This document shows, piece after piece, positions 26,944-34,446 of a stretch of 44,024 bases of DNA; the first letter of the stretch is position 1; each line of letters begins with the position of its first letter. Position numbers and translations under genes: made by a program. The notes below the pieces were generated by a model, which ran no database searches, was not told the origin of the DNA, and saw nothing but the letters and a program-made list of their open reading frames with translations. Origin of the DNA: Nitrospirae bacterium CG2_30_53_67 (GTDB lineage: Bacteria > CG2-30-53-67); the NCBI GenBank assembly GCA_001873285.1, contig MNYV01000104.1, positions 1 to 44,024 on the forward strand. The letters are read 5' to 3'.

Positions 26944-27026
26944 TGTTTCTGTAAAATAGAGTCGTATACTGGAAAATACTGACTACTATACCTGGTGAAT
27001 AACGTTGGAAACTCATCAGAAATCAG
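26944..27026 (+). mobile_element. Tn7 right-end-like sequence (relic)
   Basis: TGT terminus 22 nt after the glmS-fragment stop. 8 bp end followed by TAAAATAGAGTCGTATACTGGA, 16/22 matches to the Tn7R TnsB site as I recall it (GACAATAAAGTCTTAAACTGAA). Further similar sites near 26972 and 26995. Confidence 0.6.
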
Positions 27027-27040
27027 GATTCTCTTATCTT

Positions 27041-29032
27041 TTACTTCGTAGCACACCCTGGCCTGGTGCACATCGTGACCAGCTTACGGGCATCCAAGGC
27101 CGTAATCATGCCGTCCCCATCAAGATCTCTCGGGTCATTAGACCCATTTGCGGGCTGATTTCTTGCTGCAAGGATTATATTCAGGTCATTTCGGTCCACA
27201 TCGCCGTCTTTGTCCAGATCTCCTGGAAGCACCGTAACAGTTACGGATGCCGTGGCAATTGCTGACAAGCCGCCATTGTCTGTTACTCGCAACCCCACGG
27301 TTCCACTGAACTCCACGTGCCATGTGTGAGTTATTGTGTCTGATGTGGTACTCTCATCATAGGTTCCATCATGATCCCAATCCCATTCGTAGGAAACTAT
27401 CGCACCATCCGAATCATAGGAGCCACTGGCATTAAAGGTGATAGGTAAGCCAACGGTGCTATTGTATGGCCCGTTAGCGTCGGCAACAGGCGGCTGGCTC
27501 GCACCTTCAAAATCACGAAATAAATAGGGTTGTGTGGTATATACCGTGTTTGCAACCAACGACTTATTTCCTCTCCAGATTAACAGATTTCTCACATAAT
27601 AGGGGCCGTCAACAGCATTCATTCCTATCATCTTCCCGTCAAAAGTCATTGCAATTCTGTTATTCCCCACACTCATCAAGTTTGCTCCAGAGATAAATTC
27701 TATCTCTTTGCTGTTCTTATCTACCAACCGAGCGCTCCATTGATAAGTGCCTGCTTCAAGCATGGCGACTTCAATCGATACAACAAGAGTATCGAATTTA
27801 CCGTTGTTATCTGTATCGTAGGCTGCATCCGAATTGTTTCCGGTTAACGCTATCTGCATTTGCTCGAACTTGCTTAAGGAATAAGCCTGGGTTTGCCATT
27901 GATTCACTGTTTTATCCGCCAGATACCATTCATTATTTTCCAATAATTGAATCAGTGCTTTAGTAACGGTATAAGGCCCATCAACGCCGATTGCATAGAC
28001 ATCTTCTTTGAAAAAGTTGATCGGAATTAATTGATTGGCTCCTTGGGTCAAGTCCAGTATTGAGCTGACAGTTCTTGAAACGTTATTGCTTCCCTCCAAA
28101 GTGAGCGAGATTTTGTATTTCCCAGATGTATACACATCGATTCCCAAATTCAAAACAATGTATTCATAAAAGCCGTTTGCATTCGCATCGATTCCTTGAT
28201 CATTGAAAGAACCATTAAAATCGGCCAAAGGAGACCGCACACCGAAAGAAGAAAAGACGTCTCGACTAAACGGTGTGCCGCTCCCGGTTACTCCATTTAC
28301 TTCTGCCATAACTGCATAGTCGCCTGGGTTTGTTGGTATATAGCCTCCTGAATACATGCCATCTCCGGCCATGTGATCTGGACTGTTGCCGTCATCACTT
28401 AGAATGATCTTGTCTTCCCCACCAGATGTGAGGTTCTTCAGAGTGGCAAGGGCAGAGGCGCCAGTTATGGGACTAGAGCCATCGAAAACAGTTGCCATTA
28501 TTAGAACCGGGGCATTCACAATGTATTGAGTTTCATTAGTGAGCAGTCCAACCTTTAACCTGTTTTGAGCAATAATGTTTACCAACGCCACTTCTCCAGC
28601 AGCCGGAAGATTAATACCGTTAATTTTGACTTTCCAGCTCCCGGAAGGCGGAGTCTGGAAAGAATAGGTGTAATGATATCCCCCTAAGAAAAGGGGATTG
28701 CCCAACGAGAGTGCGGATGTCTGAAGTGTGTATGAATTATAGGCCCCGTTAAAGTTTCCAACATTGCTTGGGGTAATTGTCTGTCCATCAGGGGCAACGA
28801 GCGTAACAGAAAATAAGTCTGAAGGACTGGCGACATCAACCAACAGAGATGGGCTGACGTCAACCTCAAAGGGAATCTCGGCCGCAGGATTTCCCGGATC
28901 AAGAAAAATTGGAGTCACACGGTAAGAAGATAATGGAACTTTCTCCGCAACGGCTTTTGAATTGATCGTGATGACTGACAAAAATATTGCCAAATAAAAG
29001 ATCCTCCCCAATGCTCTCATATTGGTTAACAT
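27041..29032 (-). CDS. Secreted multi-Ig/beta-sandwich protein with choice-of-anchor X-like domain, PKD domain and C-terminal dockerin
   Basis: Signal peptide; LSDDGNSPDHMAGDGMYSG; two D.D.NG.(F/Y) repeats; PPVADANGPY...SYEWDWD..G PKD domain; GDLDKDGDVDRNDL and DLDGDGMITALDA dockerin calcium loops. Confidence 0.85.
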   Translation of the reverse strand: MLTNMRALGRIFYLAIFLSVITINSKAVAEKVPLSSYRVTPIFLDPGNPAAEIPFEVDVSPSLLVDVASPSDLFSVTLVAPDGQTITPSNVGNFNGAYNSYTLQTSALSLGNPLFLGGYHYTYSFQTPPSGSWKVKINGINLPAAGEVALVNIIAQNRLKVGLLTNETQYIVNAPVLIMATVFDGSSPITGASALATLKNLTSGGEDKIILSDDGNSPDHMAGDGMYSGGYIPTNPGDYAVMAEVNGVTGSGTPFSRDVFSSFGVRSPLADFNGSFNDQGIDANANGFYEYIVLNLGIDVYTSGKYKISLTLEGSNNVSRTVSSILDLTQGANQLIPINFFKEDVYAIGVDGPYTVTKALIQLLENNEWYLADKTVNQWQTQAYSLSKFEQMQIALTGNNSDAAYDTDNNGKFDTLVVSIEVAMLEAGTYQWSARLVDKNSKEIEFISGANLMSVGNNRIAMTFDGKMIGMNAVDGPYYVRNLLIWRGNKSLVANTVYTTQPYLFRDFEGASQPPVADANGPYNSTVGLPITFNASGSYDSDGAIVSYEWDWDHDGTYDESTTSDTITHTWHVEFSGTVGLRVTDNGGLSAIATASVTVTVLPGDLDKDGDVDRNDLNIILAARNQPANGSNDPRDLDGDGMITALDARKLVTMCTRPGCATK

Positions 29033-29050
29033 CGCGTCCCTCCAATCCGT

Positions 29051-29764
29051 TTAATAGTTGATAGTCATTAAAGATTTGTCGTATTCATTGGAAAATATCA
29101 TCAGTCTCCGATCTTCCAGCCAGAACAACAGCTGCGGCCAGTAGCCATTCGAAAATGAAAGTCTCTTGGTCAGAAACAATCGTTCCCTTGTCTTGAGGTT
29201 AAATATCTCAAAACAATTCATTCCCATTTTGCGGGTTGAACCAGCAATCCAGCCAATCCCTCGTCCTCTCTTGTAATAACCTGAAAGACTATAAACATAC
29301 ATGTGCTGGCCAGAGGGACTGATGGAGTATTCAAGAATATGTTTCCCGAAAGGCTTTATAATCTGCTTGGTGTAGATATTCTTGAGATCTCCATTATCTT
29401 CGAGAAAATCTCCTGTCTTATGGTATGTAGCCTCAACTGCCGTTTCATGCTGAGCCTTGTTCCAATCTTCTTCGGAAGCAGCGTTGACTTTCAGGTTCTG
29501 GATATCAAGCAAAAAGGGCTTATTCTCTCGGCCTCTTTTTAAATACAGTTTGTCAGGTGAACCCTTCATGCTTCTTAGATAATAGAAAGCATCAGACATG
29601 AGCTGCTCAGTATCGATCACCCCGTTCTTATATAGATTCTCTATTGAAACCTCTCTAATTTCAGCACCCGCTGTCAACGGTGCTCTCAATATAAAAGAAG
29701 TCAACGTTACTAACAAAACAGGGCCTGAAAAAACCAGAAAATCTGTTCTTTTTCTATTGAGCAT
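29051..29764 (-). CDS. Hypothetical exported protein (beta-rich)
   Basis: 237 aa ORF with N-terminal hydrophobic segment, overlapping the lipase stop by 11 bp and in operon orientation. Confidence 0.7.
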   Translation of the reverse strand: MLNRKRTDFLVFSGPVLLVTLTSFILRAPLTAGAEIREVSIENLYKNGVIDTEQLMSDAFYYLRSMKGSPDKLYLKRGRENKPFLLDIQNLKVNAASEEDWNKAQHETAVEATYHKTGDFLEDNGDLKNIYTKQIIKPFGKHILEYSISPSGQHMYVYSLSGYYKRGRGIGWIAGSTRKMGMNCFEIFNLKTRERLFLTKRLSFSNGYWPQLLFWLEDRRLMIFSNEYDKSLMTINY

Positions 29765-31310
29765 ATTTTAAAAACCTTATAACAGAGAGCGCCACTTCAC
29801 CATCCGCAACAGAAGCGTGGTTTTTGCTGAACTGTCCGATGAAGCTGAAGTTAAAGCTTGCACTGTTTATAGTGACCATCATGTCGTTTTCCTGAAAAAT
29901 TGATGTGGGTGTTTCAACGACCTCCCATATGGGAGTGTAAAACGGCCATCCACTGTCTTGACCCGTTGGCCTAACCGTAACTGAAGAGAAATTTCCTAAT
30001 GCCTGGTACATAGCGTTCATAGGTCCGTTCGCTATGCTATCCCAGAGATTCGGATGTCCGGCTTCATCCAGCATTTCCTGATATTCATTCCTTTCAAGTG
30101 TTCCATTGTCATTAATGTCAGCATCGGCACCAACAGAGTAATATTGAATGTTGCTGGGCAAATGATTGGTTACATTGAACCCTGCAGTCCACGTTGTTGT
30201 AAGGTTGAGATTCGCATTGAATTGATTCTGCGTGTAACTTCCGCTTAACCAGCTGGCCATTTTCGTTAGTGCATTTGGGTTATTCAGTCTGAAATTGCTA
30301 GTTAGCTCTACCGCTCTAATATAATCGGCACCTACGGAGCCTCGATGGGGAGTGCTTAAAGTTATAAAATTATTAACGCTTAGCATCTTGTTTTGCTCCA
30401 ACAAGGGGTAATGAGAGTCAAGAAATTCGCGAGTATCAAGCCCCCCTTTGCTGTGGGCTACGATCTGAATATTCTGGACACCGAATCTTCTGGCAGTCGC
30501 CATTAGTTCATTCGCAAGAGTCGCACCGTTGTTGGTTACTGTGTCTGTTGGAAGGTTAATACTATTATCGTACGGAATATGATGATTCATCAGTACCTGC
30601 GTGAATCCCCGTCTGTCCCAGAAACCTCCATCAGAGTTATTTCCATGAATTAAAACAAGGGGAGGCATTGCATCAAGAGAAAGCTCCGCCCAATCTACTG
30701 CTACAGCCCAAAATTCACTAGTCCCATATTTTGGAATGTAATTCCCAATATTGTCTTGATCAATATAAATCGTGATCCGATTCTTTGCCGGCACAGGAGT
30801 GCCCGTCGGGCTTGTAACTCTAGCAGGAAATTTTACATAATCAATGGGAATCGTAAATTCGTTCTGTTTCCATGTATTGTCGTCGCCTTGCAGGTAAAAT
30901 GGAGAAATATCGTAGCCATTAAAATAGATGCGGTCTCTTTCCGGCTTCACACCGTCTGCAATGAGTTGCGTTCTTCCAGATAGGTCATAATCTACGTCCC
31001 AGACAGGCATTCGTAATTTCGCCGTCCCGGAGACAACTCCATCTATAATCAGATCTCCAGAATTAATGAGATATCCTTCTGAGTCTACCTCTCCGACGTA
31101 ACGAGTGACTTCTATATCGAATTCAATTGGTCCACCGCTGCGAAACAGGTATGTGTCCAATTTTGCCGCGGTATCAATCACAAATGTGGTGTCTGATGCT
31201 TCGGGGGGATCAAACGGAGATGACCCATTATGAGCCGCAAACACAGATGAAGGAAATAAAAGTATTATTATGAGTGATAGACAAGACAAAACATGAGATT
31301 TCTTTCTCAT
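29754..31310 (-). CDS. Secreted alpha/beta-hydrolase (lipase/esterase) with N-terminal accessory domain
   Basis: Signal peptide; PLVLIHG, AHSKGG nucleophile elbow, ITLSTPHRGS, NDMMV Asp and terminal His (KNH). Confidence 0.85.
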   Translation of the reverse strand: MRKKSHVLSCLSLIIILLFPSSVFAAHNGSSPFDPPEASDTTFVIDTAAKLDTYLFRSGGPIEFDIEVTRYVGEVDSEGYLINSGDLIIDGVVSGTAKLRMPVWDVDYDLSGRTQLIADGVKPERDRIYFNGYDISPFYLQGDDNTWKQNEFTIPIDYVKFPARVTSPTGTPVPAKNRITIYIDQDNIGNYIPKYGTSEFWAVAVDWAELSLDAMPPLVLIHGNNSDGGFWDRRGFTQVLMNHHIPYDNSINLPTDTVTNNGATLANELMATARRFGVQNIQIVAHSKGGLDTREFLDSHYPLLEQNKMLSVNNFITLSTPHRGSVGADYIRAVELTSNFRLNNPNALTKMASWLSGSYTQNQFNANLNLTTTWTAGFNVTNHLPSNIQYYSVGADADINDNGTLERNEYQEMLDEAGHPNLWDSIANGPMNAMYQALGNFSSVTVRPTGQDSGWPFYTPIWEVVETPTSIFQENDMMVTINSASFNFSFIGQFSKNHASVADGEVALSVIRFLKYAQ

Positions 31311-31346
31311 TACAATCCCTCCTTTTTGTGCGGTACATTTCCCGGT

Positions 31347-31793
31347 CTATTTCAGCGTCTCGTTCAGAATTATTTCGTTTTGTCTCGTATTTCCTTGTTC
31401 GTCCACAAATTCAACATGCCATATAAAGCCAAAGGAATCCTTTTGGTTTTCTATAGGAACTGAAACAGTGAAAGAATCTAGACTTTGCTCAGTAGCATAG
31501 GGACCCATTGATTTGATTGTGACCTCTGAATCCATAATAGAAAGTTTATCAGAGGCAGATCTGATGAAGGCCCGGATGTTTGTAAGTGTTTCCCCGGTCT
31601 TGTTCTGGATAATTAATTGGATTGTGCGAGTAATTTGAGATGCACTGGTGTTTGTGGCTGTAGTTACATAGTCTGAAATAGATAGTTCCTTCATTGAAGA
31701 AAGCTCGAGTATCCGAGAAGATGCTCCAGAAGTGAGAGAGAGAAAGAAACAAAAGAAACTTAAGACAACCAATCTATTCTTGAGACTCTTCAT
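31347..31793 (-). CDS. Small secreted beta-sandwich hypothetical protein
   Basis: Signal peptide and strong RBS AAGGAGGGG; IQNKTGETLTNI Ig-like pattern. Confidence 0.7.
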   Translation of the reverse strand: MKSLKNRLVVLSFFCFFLSLTSGASSRILELSSMKELSISDYVTTATNTSASQITRTIQLIIQNKTGETLTNIRAFIRSASDKLSIMDSEVTIKSMGPYATEQSLDSFTVSVPIENQKDSFGFIWHVEFVDEQGNTRQNEIILNETLK

Positions 31794-32166
31794 AGTGATT
31801 CCCCTCCTTGTCCGGTAAACGTGCTGTAAGTCGTTAACCCTTAGTTCGTCTCTTTACAATGACCCAAGTGCTTGATACATGGATCAAACCTGGGTCCAAT
31901 AATTTTTCACCGCTCCTTCATGGTAAAACTTTAAGAAAACCGTAGCCATTATTCTTAAAACTCTCTCCTGGCAACAAGAAGCGAAATTATACGGAAGGCC
32001 CCTCGCTCCACTTGTGGTGCACTGACTGGCGGCCTAAATGATCTGTCCAGTTCTCGCTCCTATCATTTGTCCCCACGAGAAATGCAAAAGAAGTTCGTAG
32101 CGGGGTGGTTCTTAATCAAAAATTTGGAAAATTTGCCTAAGCTAATAAAGGCAGAACGCGAAACAA

Positions 32167-32194
32167 CAGGGGCGTAAGCAAAAACTACGCCCTG
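32167..32194 (-). terminator. Hairpin downstream of the cohesin PEP-CTERM gene
   Basis: Minus strand AGGGCGTAG-TTTTTG-CTTACGCCCCT followed by GTTGTTT. Confidence 0.45.
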
Positions 32195-32262
32195 CAAGCG
32201 TATACTTAAGTATTCTGTACTGATGAATAATCTCAGAGCGTGTAATCTTTACCCTCCGGAAA

Positions 32263-32853
32263 TTATTTCCTTTGGCGAAAATATCCCATTCCAGCCAAAC
32301 TGCTTATGGCGAGCAGTATGGCTGTAGAAGGCTCCGGAACCGGAGCGACACTGGCATTTTGGATGTTAGCACTCAGAGCGTTCCCGGCTGAATCTCCCAA
32401 GGCGTTGATGGTCAAACTAAGAGAACTCGTTCCTGTGGTGAGGGTATCAAAGGTCAAAGTAGCCAAAGTGAAGCTGTCCGCCTGAAACAGATCGAGATCC
32501 CCCGGCATATCAAGGGATAGTTCAAAGAGATTTAGAACTCCAGGAACAGAGTCATCAACACTTGTAATGCTACCGAGGCCAAAAAGATCCAATTGATCTC
32601 CCAATCCCGGATCGCCAAAGGTTGCGTTGTTGAAGTACAATATAGTTGAATCAAAGAGGATATTCAGATCAAATGTACCAAGAGACGGGGGTGTGCCATT
32701 ACCAAGACCTGAGACATATAGATCTACACTCACAGGATTTCCCACAGGCACTGTTTGAAATGATGGAGTTAAACCAACCGTAAAGGCGTGTAAATTCGAA
32801 TAAGGAAGTAATAGAAAAAACAACGCAATAACTACCATTACCAGTCTTCTCAT
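32263..32853 (-). CDS. Cohesin-domain PEP-CTERM surface protein
   Basis: Signal peptide; V.VG.PVSVDL.V...LGTFDL.I.FD...L and FTLATLTF....GTS.L.L cohesin-like pattern; VPEPSTAILL..GYFRQRK. Start ATG 32853 with GGAGG RBS. Confidence 0.88.
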   Translation of the reverse strand: MRRLVMVVIALFFLLLPYSNLHAFTVGLTPSFQTVPVGNPVSVDLYVSGLGNGTPPSLGTFDLNILFDSTILYFNNATFGDPGLGDQLDLFGLGSITSVDDSVPGVLNLFELSLDMPGDLDLFQADSFTLATLTFDTLTTGTSSLSLTINALGDSAGNALSANIQNASVAPVPEPSTAILLAISSLAGMGYFRQRK

Positions 32854-32971
32854 TGTCTCCCTCCATTTCAGCAATGTTTAAGCATTTATTGTTTGCTCGA
32901 AAAAAAATGTAATGAACTCAAATGGATATATTTCAAGGAGCATGACGCTTTTTTAATCTATAATTTCATCA

Positions 32972-32987
32972 AGCAATTATTATGCCA
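32972..32987 (-). promoter_or_regulatory. sigma54 (-24/-12) promoter
   Basis: Minus strand TGGCATAATAATTGCT (GG-N10-GC) upstream of the PEP-CTERM gene. Confidence 0.8.
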
Positions 32988-33016
32988 TAGCCTTATACTA
33001 ACCAGAACATTTGTTG

Positions 33017-33029
33017 TAACATATTGATT
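33017..33029 (-). promoter_or_regulatory. IHF-like binding site
   Basis: AATCAATATGTTA matches WATCAANNNNTTR; lies between the putative enhancer and the sigma54 promoter. Confidence 0.55.
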
Positions 33030-33097
33030 CTTAGTAAGATAAATATAGCTTTTAAACATAATATATCTTAGTGGCAAGAGAACTTTGTCTTCTATAG

Positions 33098-33270
33098 TGT
33101 AAAAAATCTCGACAGTATTATTCCCATCCCCACCCCTAAGTATTAAAAATATCAGTAAATTCGAACAGTTAGCCATATAAAGATTTTCGACACAAATTAT
33201 TCCCATTCCTACCCCTAAGATTAAAAATGTAATTAGATTCAAACAGTTAGTCATGTAAAGATTTTCGACG
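33098..33270. repeat. 78 bp tandem repeat (2.2 units) carrying three putative enhancer boxes
   Basis: TGTAAAAAATCTCGACA (33098), TATAAAGATTTTCGACA (33176) and TGTAAAGATTTTCGACG (33254), exactly 78 bp apart. Confidence 0.8.
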
Positions 33271-33395
33271 CCATTCAAAAATGCATTCCTTCAAATATGG
33301 GGCACATCCTCTTAAGACCTTGGTTCATTGCAAGAACCTATCAATCCGGAGGGATGGCCGCTTCAAATACAGGCAGAGGGTCAAAGCCTCCCGAT

Positions 33396-33736
33396 GTAGA
33401 GTAGAGAGTTGGTTGCTGCCGCTAGGCTGGGCCTATCTGTCGCCGCTCCTTTCGTCTCGTATAAGAGATCAGAACAATATTTTAATTCTCATGGGGGGAC
33501 GCCTCCGATAGACTTAGATAGGGTACAACCATATCCGAGAAAGGAGGCGCACCCCATGAGACTTAAAGATTATGCCAGAGACCAGAAGAAACGTAAAAAA
33601 TTCGTTCAGCAGCCGGAATTGCTGATGATCGGAGTCGATATGAGCAAAGCCAAGCACGGTGCATCAATAGCCTCGCCGTGGTCGCCTTGGCTAGCCCTTC
33701 CTCAACCATGCGTGAGGTTTTCCCCGCATGCGGTTC
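33396..33736 (-). mobile_element. Group II intron 3' relic (domain V and interrupted domain VI)
   Basis: DV-like GAACCGCATGCGGGGAAAACCTCACGCATGGTT (33736-33704). DVI start ...GGCTATTGATGCACCG; DVI end GACGAAAGGAGCGGCGACAGATAGGCC...CTACTCTAC (33456-33396). Confidence 0.8.
33457..33660 (+). pseudogene. IS110-family left end and transposase N-terminal fragment
   Basis: ATG 33556: MRLKDYARDQKKRKKFVQQPELLMIGVDMSKAKH (IGVD.SK..H RuvC-like first motif). RBS and start lie within an inverted repeat (33487-33506 with 33543-33561). Confidence 0.7.
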
Positions 33737-33748
33737 GTCAGAAAAACC

Positions 33749-33777
33749 TTGCAAATATCAGGCGCTCTCCCTATAAT
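33749..33777 (+). promoter_or_regulatory. sigma70 promoter for DUF502-glmU-glmS
   Basis: TTGCAA-17 bp-TATAAT. Confidence 0.75.
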
Positions 33778-33810
33778 TGATCTAAAAAATCATCGTGTTC
33801 AGGGCCTGAA

Positions 33811-34443
33811 ATGAAAAATAAAATTAAAAGCCTGCTCAAAACCTATTTTATCACCGGACTTTTGGTCCTACTCCCTCTGGCCCTGACCTTCTGGATATTG
33901 AATGCCCTTCTCAGGAACATGGAGGCCCTGATCGGAGATCCGATCCAGCAATATCTCGAGATCTACATCCCGGGCATGGGGATTATGCTCCTCATTTGTC
34001 TGATCCTGCTGGTCGGGATTTTTGCCAGAAACCTGATCGGGCGCAAACTCGGACACCTGGGCGAGATGATCCTGAACAAAATCCCTCTGGTCCGGAACAT
34101 CTACACCTCCATCAAGCAGCTGATCAACACCTTATTCCTCCAGGGAAAGGACAATTTCCGCGGCGTGGTCATGGTGGAGTACCCCCGCCTCGGCACCTAT
34201 TCTTTAGGATTCATCACCGGAGAGTCCCGGGGCGAGGTCCAGCGCATCACCAACGAGATCATAGTCAATGTCTTCATCCCGACCACACCCAACCCTACCT
34301 CCGGATTTTTGCTCCTCTTCCCTGAAAAAGATATCATACACCTGCATATGACCGTGGAAGAAGGGCTGAAAATGATCATATCCGGAGGCATGATCACGCC
34401 GCCGGACCGTGAAGTCGCTTTGCCACCCGGATCAAAACGGTGA
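33811..34443 (+). CDS. DUF502 membrane protein
   Basis: YFITGLLVLLP, IPLVRNIY, VEYPR, FIPTTPNPTSG and IISGG. Confidence 0.92.
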   Translation: MKNKIKSLLKTYFITGLLVLLPLALTFWILNALLRNMEALIGDPIQQYLEIYIPGMGIMLLICLILLVGIFARNLIGRKLGHLGEMILNKIPLVRNIYTSIKQLINTLFLQGKDNFRGVVMVEYPRLGTYSLGFITGESRGEVQRITNEIIVNVFIPTTPNPTSGFLLLFPEKDIIHLHMTVEEGLKMIISGGMITPPDREVALPPGSKR

Positions 34444-34446
34444 ATC

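Noticed and set aside
26579..27016. Short ORFs 26579-26833 and 26762-27016 as genes
   Set aside because: No convincing RBS or motifs; they overlap the glmS-tail and Tn7-end relics.
31794..32262. c-di-GMP or other riboswitch in the long intergenic region
   Set aside because: Only a GGCCTAAA fragment on the non-coding strand; no GEMM architecture recognised. An Rfam scan would be decisive.
33098..33270. CRISPR array
   Set aside because: The whole 78 bp unit is repeated, with no unique spacers, and no cas genes are present.
32958..33278. 106 aa ORF with internal repeat
   Set aside because: It is a translation of the regulatory tandem repeat and runs across the sigma54 promoter.
26944..33748. 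Intact Tn7-like transposon carrying the island
   Set aside because: No tnsABCD/tniQ genes, and I found no left end followed by the expected TCTCA duplication.
33409..33780. 123 aa ORF as a real gene
   Set aside because: Chimera of intron relic, IS110 fragment and promoter sequence.
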